Shown here piece after piece: positions 43,671 to 53,914 of a DNA stretch of 64,000 nucleotides. Position 1 is the stretch's first letter, and every line of letters starts with the position of its first letter. The position numbers and the translations under genes were made by a program. This stretch comes from Bacteroidales bacterium. GTDB taxonomy: Bacteria > Bacteroidota > Bacteroidia > Bacteroidales > UBA932. The stretch covers positions 50,536 through 114,535 of the forward strand of contig JAQUBZ010000001.1 in NCBI GenBank assembly GCA_028686425.1, read 5' to 3'. The notes below the pieces were generated by a model, which worked only from the letters and a program-made list of their open reading frames with translations, did not search any database and was not told the origin of the DNA.

Positions 43671-44464
43671 TGAATTTGGAATTTTTTGCAACAGCCGGTG
43701 GCATACCGGTTCACATACTTGATTATAAGAAAGGAGATAAAACACTCATCTTACTGCACGGTTATTTGGAAACCATGTATATATGGAGTGATTTTGCAGA
43801 TTTAATGGCCGAACATTACCGTGTTATCACCATAGACTTGCCCGGTCACGGCCTATCCGGTTCGGCAGAGGTCAATTCTATGGATTTTGATGCCGGAGCA
43901 GTCAAAGGTGTGTTGGATAAATGTGGTGTTTCCAAAGCATATATAGGAGGACATTCACTCGGTGGATATGTCACGCTGGCCTGTTGCAGACTATTTCCGG
44001 AAGTTTTTGAGAAAGCAATCCTCTTCAACTCCAATCCGTATTCGGATCCTCCCGAAAAGTCCTGCGACCGGGAGAGGGAAATAAAGATTATCGAGGCCGG
44101 AAAGTTGGCTGCACTTGTCTCAAGCTCTCTGCCTAAAATGTATAAAGAGAGCAATCTGCGCCGACTTGACGAGAAAATAAGGGAGACCATCGAAATAAGC
44201 GAAACCCACGATCCTCAAGGGATTGTGGCTTCCCTCAGGGGTATGCAGCAAAGACCTGACAGTCAACAATTTCTGTCGGAAACCTCTATACCTTTTATGT
44301 TTATAGGCGGTGATTCCGATACAATACTTCCTTTGGACAAAGTAAAAGAGATGCAAACCGAATTTCCCAAGGTAAAATACACCATCATACCGGAGACGGG
44401 ACACAACTCTTTTGTCGAGGACCCTGCCTCTACTGCTCAAGCGGTCATAGACTTTTTGGGATAA
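43670..44464 (+). CDS. alpha/beta hydrolase
   Basis: 264 aa. HGYLE oxyanion region, nucleophile elbow GHSLGG, and a C-terminal GHNSF. The start overlaps the upstream stop (TAATG). Confidence 0.8.
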   Translation: MNLEFFATAGGIPVHILDYKKGDKTLILLHGYLETMYIWSDFADLMAEHYRVITIDLPGHGLSGSAEVNSMDFDAGAVKGVLDKCGVSKAYIGGHSLGGYVTLACCRLFPEVFEKAILFNSNPYSDPPEKSCDREREIKIIEAGKLAALVSSSLPKMYKESNLRRLDEKIRETIEISETHDPQGIVASLRGMQQRPDSQQFLSETSIPFMFIGGDSDTILPLDKVKEMQTEFPKVKYTIIPETGHNSFVEDPASTAQAVIDFLG

Positions 44465-44470
44465 ATACCT

Positions 44471-45655
44471 CTACCACAGAAAGTTATTGAAAGGATACCT
44501 GCCCGCGTGAATCTCTGCAACCATCTTGTACAAGTCGTTGCGGAGTTTGTCGAGGCGTATCTTTTCCTTGGCCGAAATGAATATGCAGGGGGTATTTTCC
44601 TTTGAAATCCAGGAATTTTGAAGATCCTCCAAAGTATAATTTTTGGTTGACTTTTCATCAATCGAAAATTCGTCATACTCTTCGTACCTATAGGCATCTA
44701 TCTTATTGAATACCATATATAAAGGCTTATTCTTGGCGCCGATGTCGGCAAGTGTGTTGTTTACAATTTTAATCTGCTCTTCAAAATTGGGATGAGAAAT
44801 ATCGACCACATGAACCAGAATATCGGCCTCCCTTACCTCGTCAAGGGTACTCTTGAAAGATTCGACAAGCTGTGTCGGCAATTTGCGGATAAATCCTACG
44901 GTATCGCTCAAAAGAAAAGGAACATTTTCGATAACCACCTTTCTGACAGTAGTATCGAGAGTTGCAAACAATTTATTTTCAGCAAATACATCACTTTTGG
45001 CCAACAGATTCATGATGGTGCTCTTGCCTACATTCGTGTATCCCACCAAAGAGATTCTCACCATTGACCCTCTGTTGCCCCTCTGAGAAGCCATCTGTCT
45101 GTCAATCTTCTTCAGTTGCTCCTTGAGTTTGGATATCTTGTCTAAAATAATACGCCTGTCACTTTCGAGCTGACTTTCACCCGGACCCCTCATATTGAGA
45201 CCACCTTTGCCGCCCCTCTGTCTTTCAAGGTGTGTCCACATACCTGTCAGTCTCGGCAGAAGATACTGATATTGAGCAAGTTCCACCTGTGTCTTGGCGT
45301 AAGCCGTCTTTGCCCTCTGTGCAAAAATATTCAATATCAGGCCGGTTCTGTCCACAATTTTCACACCTGTCTCCTTTTCTACATTTCTCATTTGGGACGG
45401 ACTTAATTCGTCATCAAATATGATGTAGTCGGTCTCGTTCTCTTTTACAAACGAAGCTATTTCCTCGAGCTTCCCACTTCCGATATATGTCCTGGAATTA
45501 GGCTTCTCAAGACGTTGTGTAAATCGCTTATTTCCAATCACTCCTGCTGTTTCTGCAAGAAATTGCAATTCATCAAGATAATCATTGACCACTCTCTCAT
45601 CGTCCTGCTGCCCTATAACGGCAACAAATACCGCCGTCTCCTGTCGATTCTCCAT
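44471..45655 (-). CDS. hflX: GTPase HflX
   Basis: HflX N-domain, then the G-domain GYTNVGKST, DTVGF and NKID. I prefer the internal ATG (MENRQETAV...). Confidence 0.93.
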   Translation of the reverse strand: MENRQETAVFVAVIGQQDDERVVNDYLDELQFLAETAGVIGNKRFTQRLEKPNSRTYIGSGKLEEIASFVKENETDYIIFDDELSPSQMRNVEKETGVKIVDRTGLILNIFAQRAKTAYAKTQVELAQYQYLLPRLTGMWTHLERQRGGKGGLNMRGPGESQLESDRRIILDKISKLKEQLKKIDRQMASQRGNRGSMVRISLVGYTNVGKSTIMNLLAKSDVFAENKLFATLDTTVRKVVIENVPFLLSDTVGFIRKLPTQLVESFKSTLDEVREADILVHVVDISHPNFEEQIKIVNNTLADIGAKNKPLYMVFNKIDAYRYEEYDEFSIDEKSTKNYTLEDLQNSWISKENTPCIFISAKEKIRLDKLRNDLYKMVAEIHAGRYPFNNFLW

Positions 45656-45747
45656 TTCTGTTAGAAGTTGTTTTAATTTTCTACAAAAATATAAACTATA
45701 TTTGTATGAGAAATTATTTTTTAACAAACATAAACCATTTATTATTT

Positions 45748-46872
45748 ATGAGACGTCTTTTATTATTGGCAATGATAGTAATTATTTTGCCTTTTACAGC
45801 TTTTTCTCAAGGACGACTGAGAGACTACGGGATTGCTCCCGGTATTTTCAAAACAGGTACTTATAATGCCATAACCGATGTTCCCGGTGTCAAAGTGGGG
45901 CAGGTTACCATCATCAAAGGTGACGATATTCGCACAGGCGTTACCGCCATTGTTCCTCACGAGGGCAATATTTTCAGAAAAAAATGTCCTGCTGCCATAT
46001 ATATCGGCAACGGATTCGGCAAACTTGCAGGATATTCACAAGTAAAAGAGCTTGGTACCATTGAAACCCCGATAATTCTGACCAACACACTCTCTGTTGC
46101 TCAAGGTATAGAGGGGCTGATTACCTACACTCTCAAACAATACGGTAACGAAAATGTCCGTTCCGTCAATGCCGTTGTGGGAGAAACCAACGATAGCGGC
46201 CTGAATGACATTCAAAAGAGGGTAGTCACTTCCAAACATATACTTGAAGCTATCTCAAAAGCATCTTCCGGTCCTGTAGAAGAGGGGAGTGTGGGTGCAG
46301 GAACAGGTACCATCTGCTTCGGATTTAAGGGAGGAATCGGTACTTCTTCTCGTGTGATTCCTGCCTCTCTGGGGGGATATACGGTAGGTGTGCTGGTACA
46401 GTCCAATTATGGAGGAGTAATGGAAATTGACGGAGTTCCCGTCGGCAAATTGCTCAATCATTACAGTTTTCAGAAGGCGGTAGAGACCGATTTAAGCCCT
46501 GACGGGTCTTGTATGATGGTTGTAATAACAGATGCTCCGGTAGATGCCCGCAACCTTGAAAGAATGGCAAAGAGAGCGATGCTCGGTCTTGCCAAAACAG
46601 GAGGTATTGCCTCAAACGGAAGCGGGGATTATGTTATTGCACTCTCTGTCAACAAAGACAACCTGATTGACGAGAATACCAAATACTACCTGCCTACCCT
46701 GCTTCACAACGAAGATATGTCGGCTTTGTTTGAAGCCACTATAGAAGCCACAGCCGAAGCTCTGTGGAACTCTCTGTTCAAGGCAACACCGGTTACAGGA
46801 TATAAAGGATATACATCAAATCCGATACCTGTAGATAAGGTAGTTGAGTATATAAAGGCTGCAAAGAAGTAA
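45748..46872 (+). CDS. P1 (DmpA/S58) family aminopeptidase
   Basis: Signal peptide MRRLLLLAMIVIILPFTAFSQG. DmpA-like motifs GVTAIVP and GAGTGTICFGFKGGIGTSS (autoprocessing region). Confidence 0.8.
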   Translation: MRRLLLLAMIVIILPFTAFSQGRLRDYGIAPGIFKTGTYNAITDVPGVKVGQVTIIKGDDIRTGVTAIVPHEGNIFRKKCPAAIYIGNGFGKLAGYSQVKELGTIETPIILTNTLSVAQGIEGLITYTLKQYGNENVRSVNAVVGETNDSGLNDIQKRVVTSKHILEAISKASSGPVEEGSVGAGTGTICFGFKGGIGTSSRVIPASLGGYTVGVLVQSNYGGVMEIDGVPVGKLLNHYSFQKAVETDLSPDGSCMMVVITDAPVDARNLERMAKRAMLGLAKTGGIASNGSGDYVIALSVNKDNLIDENTKYYLPTLLHNEDMSALFEATIEATAEALWNSLFKATPVTGYKGYTSNPIPVDKVVEYIKAAKK

Positions 46873-46894
46873 ATCAGATGTTGCCGGATAAAAT

Positions 46895-46931
46895 AACCGC
46901 CCCGAAAGATTTTATTCTTTTCGGGGCGGTT
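46895..46931. terminator. bidirectional hairpin terminator between the dmpA-like gene (+) and tonB (-)
   Basis: AACCGCCCCGAAA-N11-TTTCGGGGCGGTT, a 13-bp stem. Confidence 0.8.
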
Positions 46932-46954
46932 TGCGCTATGAAAAATGAAATTTA

Positions 46955-47647
46955 CTATCTTAATTGGAATATAACAGGGAATGTGTAAGTTACTTTTACA
47001 GGACGTTCTCTTTGTTTACCGGGTTTCCATTTTGGAGAACTCGATACGATACGAACTGCTTCTTTGTCAAGAGATGAGTCAACACCTCTAAGTACGACAA
47101 CGTTACTTACAGAACCATCAACATTAACTGTAAATTGGAGAGTTACACGACCTTGAACGCCATTCTCCTTTGCAATCTCAGGATATACGAGCTTGCCGTT
47201 AACCCATTTGGAGAAAGTGTTGGCATCACCACCCATGAAGGTAGGTTTCTCTTCAACCAATGCAAACGGAATAGCTTCTTCTTCAACGACTTCTTCTCCA
47301 ACGTCAGCTTTATAGTCCATAATCTCAACACCCAAAGACTTATCATCCTCAGTATTGAAGATAATATCGTCTTTTACTTCAATATTATCGTCAACGATAT
47401 CGATGACATCTGAAAGAACAGGAATTTTAGGCATTTCCGGTGGAAGTTCAGGCTGTTCATTCGTTACAGGGATCATTTCTTCTTCAACTTCTACTTTGGT
47501 TTCTTGTCCAAGTGAAGAAACCGCCTTTTCTTTAGTTGACCATTCGAATGCAAGGAGAACTACTCCGAGAACGAGAACTAAACCAATCTCTCTGAACAAT
47601 AGCTTTTTGTTAGTGAGATCTGCTTTTGGTGTTTTTTTGATTTCCAT
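46955..47647 (-). CDS. tonB: energy transducer TonB
   Basis: 230 aa. N-terminal TM anchor, a Glu/Pro-rich linker, and a C-terminal TonB_C domain (YPEIAKENGVQGRVTLQFTV...G). Confidence 0.85.
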   Translation of the reverse strand: MEIKKTPKADLTNKKLLFREIGLVLVLGVVLLAFEWSTKEKAVSSLGQETKVEVEEEMIPVTNEQPELPPEMPKIPVLSDVIDIVDDNIEVKDDIIFNTEDDKSLGVEIMDYKADVGEEVVEEEAIPFALVEEKPTFMGGDANTFSKWVNGKLVYPEIAKENGVQGRVTLQFTVNVDGSVSNVVVLRGVDSSLDKEAVRIVSSSPKWKPGKQRERPVKVTYTFPVIFQLR

Positions 47648-47762
47648 ATTATTAATTAATCTAATGTTATAATCGTTATATTGTGTAAAATTAAAAATAA
47701 AAAATTATTTCCCACAATTTTTGTTGATAAATATTTTCATTAAAATCATAATAAGCTTAAAA

Positions 47763-48710
47763 TCAAGCCTTTAAAATTTTCATATCATAAAGGACATTGT
47801 TAGTATTTTTTACTGCGGCTGCGCTTTTTGCAAACAGCTGCTGTTCTTCCTCATTCAAATCAAGTTCGATGATCTTCTCACAACCGGTGTTGCCAAGTAC
47901 GGCAGGAACTCCGATGCAAAGGTCTTTTTGACCATATTCTCCATCAAGATATACGCAGCAAGGGAATACTTTCTTTTCATCCATGATAATAGATTTGACC
48001 ATTACGGCAGCTGCAGCTCCCGGAGCATACCATGCAGAAGTTCCGAGCAGTTTGGTAAGGGTGGCTCCACCGACCATTGTATCGGCGACAACCTTGTCGG
48101 CCGCCTCTTTTGATAACAAACTTGTTACATTTGTGCATTTATAAGTTGCCTTATTGATAAGAGGTATCATTGTGGTATCACCGTGTCCGCCTATAACGAT
48201 TCCTTCTACGTCTGCCGCTGCAACATTCAGAGCCTGAGACAGATAATAGTTAAATCTGCTGCTGTCGAGCAATCCTCCCATACCGATTACTCTATTTTTA
48301 GGGAGACCTGTCGATTTAAGGGTAAGGTAGGTCATTGGGTCCATAGGGTTGGCAATAATTAGGAATATTGCGTTTGGAGAGTGTTGTAGAGCGTTTGAAA
48401 CAACATTGTTAACGATACCGGCATTAACACCGATAAGTTCTTCTCTTGTCATGCCTGGTTTACGGGGCATACCTGATGTGATGATAACTACATCAGAGTC
48501 GGCAGTTGCCTTATAGTCATTGGTTACACCTTTTATTCTGCAATCAAATTGATATAATTTGGCAGTTTGCATCATATCCATTGCTTTTCCTTCAGATACG
48601 CCTTCTTTGATGTCCAACAATACTATTTCTGAGGCATATTTCATGTGCAGTATAGCATTTGCACAAGTTGCGCCAACATTTCCGGCGCCTATTACAGTTA
48701 CTTTTGCCAT
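47763..48710 (-). CDS. mdh: malate dehydrogenase (LDH-like)
   Basis: 315 aa. VIGAGNVGAT Rossmann motif, GMPRKPGMTR substrate loop, and GGHGDT. Confidence 0.95.
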   Translation of the reverse strand: MAKVTVIGAGNVGATCANAILHMKYASEIVLLDIKEGVSEGKAMDMMQTAKLYQFDCRIKGVTNDYKATADSDVVIITSGMPRKPGMTREELIGVNAGIVNNVVSNALQHSPNAIFLIIANPMDPMTYLTLKSTGLPKNRVIGMGGLLDSSRFNYYLSQALNVAAADVEGIVIGGHGDTTMIPLINKATYKCTNVTSLLSKEAADKVVADTMVGGATLTKLLGTSAWYAPGAAAAVMVKSIIMDEKKVFPCCVYLDGEYGQKDLCIGVPAVLGNTGCEKIIELDLNEEEQQLFAKSAAAVKNTNNVLYDMKILKA

Positions 48711-48748
48711 TGTTTTACAATAATTTATATTTTATATTTTTTATTATT

Positions 48749-48756
48749 TAATTTTG
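48749..48756 (+). promoter_or_regulatory. -7 box (TAATTTTG) upstream of ybeY-mnmG
   Basis: TAnnTTTG match. It is followed by the same 14 nt (CCGCAAATAATGCG) that follow the Fic -7 box. Confidence 0.4.
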
Positions 48757-48834
48757 CCGCAAATAATGCGCCAAGTTTTGCACGCGCAAAACGGCGCAAA
48801 GGTAATTATATTTATCGATTAATGTATTTCTTTT

Positions 48835-49299
48835 ATGGTTAGTTTTTTCTCGGAGGATATTAAATTCGTATTAAAGCAAAAGAGGCTTATCTCTAAATGG
48901 TTAAAGGAGTTAGCTCAATCTCACGATTATAAAATCGGAGCACTTAATTATATCTTTTGTTCGGATAAGTATCTTTTAGACATCAACATACGGTTTCTCG
49001 GACACAACTATTTTACAGATATTATTACGTTTGACTACTCTGCCGATTATAATGAGACATTCCCGACAGGATATATCAGCGGTGATATATATATAAGTAT
49101 AGATACGGTCAGGGCTAATGGGGAAACATATAAGGAAGGATTTGAAAGAGAGCTGCTTAGGGTGATAGCACATGGGTTGCTTCATTTGATTGGCTTTGAT
49201 GATACTTCCGAATCGCTTCAGAAGAGTATGACGGAGCAGGAAAACAAAGCTTTGCTTTTATTTGATGAACTTTCCCATAAAGTTGCCGATAATGGATAA
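48835..49299 (+). CDS. ybeY: rRNA maturation RNase YbeY
   Basis: 154 aa with the metal-binding motif HGLLHLIGFDD. Confidence 0.93.
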   Translation: MVSFFSEDIKFVLKQKRLISKWLKELAQSHDYKIGALNYIFCSDKYLLDINIRFLGHNYFTDIITFDYSADYNETFPTGYISGDIYISIDTVRANGETYKEGFERELLRVIAHGLLHLIGFDDTSESLQKSMTEQENKALLLFDELSHKVADNG

Positions 49300-51295
49300 C
49301 ATATACGATATTATAGTAATAGGGGCAGGGCATGCCGGCTGTGAAGCTGCTGTTGCCTCGGCAAGACTTGGTTCAAAAGTGCTGCTTGTTACAATGGACA
49401 TGAACAAGATTGCCCAGATGTCTTGCAACCCTGCTATCGGAGGAATTGCGAAAGGTCAAATCGTCAGAGAGATTGATGCACTCGGCGGGTTCACCGGAAT
49501 TGTCACGGATGCTTCCACAATTCAATTTAGGATGTTGAACCGGTCAAAAGGTCCGGCAATGTGGAGTCCTCGTGCACAATGCGATAAATTATACTATTCT
49601 CTGAATTGGAGGTATATCCTCGAAAACACCTGTAACTTAGATATTTGGCAGGATTCTGCGACTTCAATATCTTTCTTAGAATCGAATATTTTCGGAGTTC
49701 ACGTATCAATGGGTGCAATATTTAAATGTAAAGCGGTTATTTTGACTGCCGGAACATTTCTCAATGGCAAACTTTTTATAGGAAATGAAATGGCGGAGGG
49801 GGGTAGGATAGGGGAGTTGTCTTCATACGGACTGACCGAGTTACTTAAATCTAAAGGATGTACCACTGCGAGAATGAAAACGGGAACACCTCCGAGAATA
49901 GATGTCCGTTCTTTGGATCTCAATTCTTTGGTGTTGCAGGAAGGAGATGATGTTCCTTCGAGATTTTCATATCTGCCGATTCCTTCTCCGATTCAATCAG
50001 GAGTTGCTCAGAAAAATTGCTACATCGTGCACACCAACAAGGAGGTTCACGATATTCTTAGAACAGGCTTTGATCGCTCCCCTCTCTTTACCGGAAAGAT
50101 ACACGGCATCGGTCCACGCTATTGCCCCTCTATCGAAGACAAGTTAAGAACTTTTGCCGGTAAGGATGCACATCAATTATTTTTAGAACCGGAAGGGTGG
50201 GACACTTATGAGTATTACCTCCAAGGGTTCTCTTCTTCTCTTCCATTGACCGTACAACTCGAAGCTCTCAGAGCAATCAAAGGTTTTGAAAATGTAAAAA
50301 TATTCAGACCTGCGTATGCAGTCGAATACGATTACTTTGACCCTACGCTGTTATATCCGTCTCTTGAGTCAAGAGTGATTCCCAATTTCTTTTTTGCCGG
50401 ACAGGTTAATGGAACTACCGGATATGAAGAGGCGGCAGCTCAAGGTCTGATGGCAGGAATAAATGCACATCTCAAAATTAACGAAAAGGAGCCATTTGTG
50501 CTCAGTCGTGATAAGGCATATATAGGAGTGCTGATTGATGACCTGATTAACAAAGGGGTTGATGAACCATATCGAATGTTTACCTCAAGAGCAGAATACC
50601 GAATTTTGTTGAGACAGGATAATGCCGATTTCCGCCTTACCGAACCGGGGCATTCACTTGGTCTTGTCGATGAATACAGATACCAATATACGATGAGAAA
50701 ATACGATTTGACAAATGATATAATTTCATTTTCAAATAGTACATCCGTCAAACCGGAAGAGATAAATACATATTTGTCATCCATTAATTCTGCACCTATT
50801 TCTTCTAAAAAGAAACTTTCCGATATATTGACACGTCCGGATGTCTCTATCTCCGAATTGTTAAAAAATGTTCCACGTGAAACATCTTTTATTTTTCAGG
50901 ATGATTTTGATGATAAAATCAATAATGTATTAGAGAATGGCATGGTTTCTACCAATACGTCTGCAGTGCTGATTGCTCTTCCGTGGTCTGCCATGAAATT
51001 TAACGGTATCGTAGGAGCCAATGATTATTTAAAAAACGAGATTATTGAATCGGCAGAAATACAAATTAAATATCAAGGATATATTGAAAGGGAAAAAAGA
51101 ATAGCAGATAAGATTTTGCGACTTGAATCCTTAACTATTCCGGATAATTTTGATTTTTCAAAGGTGACCTCACTATCTATTGAATGCAGAATCAAACTCA
51201 ATCGATATAAACCCCAGACCATAGCACAAGCTTCACGTATTTCAGGTGTCTCTCCGGCCGATATTTCTGTTCTGTTGATTTACTTTGGCAGGTAA
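49292..51295 (+). CDS. mnmG: tRNA uridine-5-carboxymethylaminomethyl(34) synthesis enzyme MnmG
   Basis: YDIIVIGAGHAGCEAA FAD motif, GPRYCPSIEDK, and the C-terminal QASRISGVSPADISVLLIY. The ATG at 49292 overlaps the ybeY stop by 8 nt. Confidence 0.95.
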   Translation: MDNIYDIIVIGAGHAGCEAAVASARLGSKVLLVTMDMNKIAQMSCNPAIGGIAKGQIVREIDALGGFTGIVTDASTIQFRMLNRSKGPAMWSPRAQCDKLYYSLNWRYILENTCNLDIWQDSATSISFLESNIFGVHVSMGAIFKCKAVILTAGTFLNGKLFIGNEMAEGGRIGELSSYGLTELLKSKGCTTARMKTGTPPRIDVRSLDLNSLVLQEGDDVPSRFSYLPIPSPIQSGVAQKNCYIVHTNKEVHDILRTGFDRSPLFTGKIHGIGPRYCPSIEDKLRTFAGKDAHQLFLEPEGWDTYEYYLQGFSSSLPLTVQLEALRAIKGFENVKIFRPAYAVEYDYFDPTLLYPSLESRVIPNFFFAGQVNGTTGYEEAAAQGLMAGINAHLKINEKEPFVLSRDKAYIGVLIDDLINKGVDEPYRMFTSRAEYRILLRQDNADFRLTEPGHSLGLVDEYRYQYTMRKYDLTNDIISFSNSTSVKPEEINTYLSSINSAPISSKKKLSDILTRPDVSISELLKNVPRETSFIFQDDFDDKINNVLENGMVSTNTSAVLIALPWSAMKFNGIVGANDYLKNEIIESAEIQIKYQGYIEREKRIADKILRLESLTIPDNFDFSKVTSLSIECRIKLNRYKPQTIAQASRISGVSPADISVLLIYFGR

Positions 51296-51305
51296 TTTCA
51301 TAATT

Positions 51306-51323
51306 TTGTTCCACGTGGAACAA
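51306..51323. terminator. perfect 18-bp palindrome between the convergent mnmG and GNAT genes
   Basis: TTGTTCCACGTGGAACAA is its own reverse complement. It could be a terminator hairpin or a protein-binding site. Confidence 0.45.
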
Positions 51324-51327
51324 ATAA

Positions 51328-52005
51328 TTATTCCATAGGATAACTAAATATTGCACTATTGGAGTCCAATTTGAAATCTTTGGATAAAGGCTTCAATAGG
51401 GTATATGGAATGTTGGTGGGATTGGTCTGATAGGGCAGAGGGGGATTGATTTTGGCTTCCCTGATGATGTAGTCAAGCATAATGTGACTCCATTGAAAGT
51501 AATTTGATTTCAATCGTGAATCCCTCAATTTGAATAATTCAACTGCCGATAGTTTTGAGATGTGAGCGCCGTTTTCAAATAGCGGGAGGTCGTTGGATCT
51601 GTAAATGGGGGTTGTAAATCCGACGTTTTGGTAGAAGTCTATCAAACGCGGTTCGGCAGGTCTAAGCAGTAAAAAGTCCCAGCCAATCTTAGACGCACCT
51701 GCGCTGATATAGTTGATTAATGACGAAGAATAGCCTTTGTTTCTATACGATTTAAGTGTACCTACACCATAAATATACAAACCGTGATAATAGGTTCTCA
51801 GACCGTTTGTCCTTTTGGAAGATACATAAGAAATGCCTATGGTATGAAGGGCGGATACAATCTTTCCATCCATTTCATAGACAAAGGAGGCTTTAGATGG
51901 ACAGTGGTTAAAAAAAAGATCCAAGTATTTGGCATCTGTCGTGAAACATTCTTTACAGATAGCGCGAATACTCGGATAATCTTGTTTGGTAGCCGGCCTT
52001 ATCAT
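51328..52005 (-). CDS. GNAT family N-acetyltransferase
   Basis: 225 aa with the acetyl-CoA loop GVGTLKSYRNKGYSSSL. The start overlaps the upstream stop (ATGA). Confidence 0.7.
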   Translation of the reverse strand: MIRPATKQDYPSIRAICKECFTTDAKYLDLFFNHCPSKASFVYEMDGKIVSALHTIGISYVSSKRTNGLRTYYHGLYIYGVGTLKSYRNKGYSSSLINYISAGASKIGWDFLLLRPAEPRLIDFYQNVGFTTPIYRSNDLPLFENGAHISKLSAVELFKLRDSRLKSNYFQWSHIMLDYIIREAKINPPLPYQTNPTNIPYTLLKPLSKDFKLDSNSAIFSYPME

Positions 52006-53792
52006 TGAGAAACCTGTGTGTCTATTTTATAAATAGTGTTGATTAAAGCAGCGTATTTCTTATGAATAGGACTTCTCTTGAGCTTCAATGTCTGAGAAAG
52101 CATATTGTTGGCAACACTCCATTCGTCGTTGACCAATTTTTCAAATTTGATGGCCTCATGTGCCGCAAGTTTGGAATTGACAGCTTCGACTTCTTTGTGC
52201 ATTCTTTTGATGATAGGCTCTTTTGTAATCAAATCATCATCATCCTTATATGCTATTTTTTGTCTGGCGGCAATCTCTTTAAGTGCAGCAATGTGCGGAA
52301 CGATAATGGCGGAAGCAAATTTCTGGTTTTCGCCGATGACAATGCAGTTGTCGATTAAAGGTGAATTTTTCAAAAGATTTTCGATAGCCTGAGGAGCTAT
52401 GTATTTGCCGGCAGACAGTTTGAAAATTTCCTTTTTACGGTCCGTAATCTTCAAATATTTGCCATCAACGAGAGTTCCTATATCTCCTGTGTGGAGGAAA
52501 CCCTCTTCGTCAATGACTTGTTTAGTATATTCCGGATCTTTATAATAGCCGAGCATGACATGAGGACCGCGTGTCAGAATTTCACCGTCTTCGGCAAATT
52601 TCAATTCAGTGCCACCCATCGGTTTGCCGACAGTACCTATAATATTGTATCCGTCAGCAGGGCTGTTTACTGCAATTACAGGAGAGGTTTCAGTCATACC
52701 ATACCCTTCAAAAATATGAAGTTTGGCAGCATTGAATGTCCTTACAATCTTGGCCTGAATAGATGAACCTCCGGAAACTACAAGCATTTCGTGCCCTCCG
52801 AACTTCTCCCTCCACTTGCTGTAAACAAGTTTGTCCGCAAGTCTCTGTTTGGCTAAATACAGCTTGTGAGTATTGTAATTGTCAAAGTTATTGGCAAAAT
52901 TCCATGCCCAATTGTAAACTATACGTTTGAATCCTTTCTGTGCTTTCCCGGCAGATTCAAGCTTGCTATACATCATCTCAAGGACACGAGGCACTCCACA
53001 GAAGCCATCTGCGTGACAATCAGCGAGATCCGTTGCTATTGTAGCCAAACTTTCGGCGTAATAAATACTAATGCACAGTTCCTGATATTCATAATTCATG
53101 GTCCTTTCGTAGATATGGCAGAGAGGTAAGAAACTGACCATCCTGTGGCTGCTGTTTTTGGTCTGTCTTATGGCATGACCGTGAGAGTTGGACATCATGT
53201 TGTAGTGTGAAAGCATCACACCTTTAGGGGTACCGGTGGTTCCGGATGTATAAATGATGGTGGCCAGGTCATCAGGTCCGATTTCCTGCTTGTTCTTTTC
53301 CACAACGGGAGCAAATTTGTCCTTATTGTCGCGTCCCAACTGATAGAGTTGAGACATGCAATAAAGCTCTGTCGAATCATCCATCAATATGACCTTGACA
53401 GGACGAGTTATCTCTTCAATCACCGGACGAACCTTAGTGTAAAGGTTGATATTGCCGATTATTATGATTTCGGCATCGGAATGGTTAAAAATATGGGTAT
53501 AGTCATCATGGCTTAATGTACTGTAAACAGGTATGTGAACCATTTTTGCCAAATTGGAGCCCATGTCGATAAAATTCCATTCAGGACGATTGTTACATAG
53601 AGTGATAATCTTTGTCCCCTCCCTGTATCCGAGAGCCAACAAACCGTAAGCTACATTATATGAATATTCGATATAGTCGTCAATACTGTATTTTATCCAT
53701 TTTCCGTGAATTTTCCGCGCCAAAATATCATCTTTCGGAGGAAAAGATGCTTTAAGATTGGTCAGCAGGTCAAAAGTTCTAATAATTTCCAT
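52002..53792 (-). CDS. long-chain fatty acid--CoA ligase (AMP-forming)
   Basis: 596 aa. AMP-binding motif IIYTSGTTGTPKGV, GYGMTE, and TGDIG...DRKKE. Confidence 0.85.
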   Translation of the reverse strand: MEIIRTFDLLTNLKASFPPKDDILARKIHGKWIKYSIDDYIEYSYNVAYGLLALGYREGTKIITLCNNRPEWNFIDMGSNLAKMVHIPVYSTLSHDDYTHIFNHSDAEIIIIGNINLYTKVRPVIEEITRPVKVILMDDSTELYCMSQLYQLGRDNKDKFAPVVEKNKQEIGPDDLATIIYTSGTTGTPKGVMLSHYNMMSNSHGHAIRQTKNSSHRMVSFLPLCHIYERTMNYEYQELCISIYYAESLATIATDLADCHADGFCGVPRVLEMMYSKLESAGKAQKGFKRIVYNWAWNFANNFDNYNTHKLYLAKQRLADKLVYSKWREKFGGHEMLVVSGGSSIQAKIVRTFNAAKLHIFEGYGMTETSPVIAVNSPADGYNIIGTVGKPMGGTELKFAEDGEILTRGPHVMLGYYKDPEYTKQVIDEEGFLHTGDIGTLVDGKYLKITDRKKEIFKLSAGKYIAPQAIENLLKNSPLIDNCIVIGENQKFASAIIVPHIAALKEIAARQKIAYKDDDDLITKEPIIKRMHKEVEAVNSKLAAHEAIKFEKLVNDEWSVANNMLSQTLKLKRSPIHKKYAALINTIYKIDTQVSQ

Positions 53793-53828
53793 ATTATAAA
53801 TTAAGAAGTTGTTTCAATTTAAGTGTTG

Positions 53829-53836
53829 CAAAAATA
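53829..53836 (-). promoter_or_regulatory. -7 box (TATTTTTG) upstream of the acyl-CoA ligase gene
   Basis: TAnnTTTG match on the minus strand, 37 nt upstream of the ATG. Confidence 0.4.
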
Positions 53837-53862
53837 CAAAAAAACAATAATCTATAAAAAAC

Positions 53863-53891
53863 AAGGGGATTAAATCGCTTTTAATCCCCTT
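53863..53891 (-). terminator. rho-independent terminator downstream of gcvH
   Basis: AAGGGGATTAAA-TCGCT-TTTAATCCCCTT, a 12-bp stem. On the minus strand it is followed by a T-run (GTTTTTTAT). Confidence 0.7.
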
Positions 53892-53914
53892 AACACATCA
53901 CATTGATTTACAAA

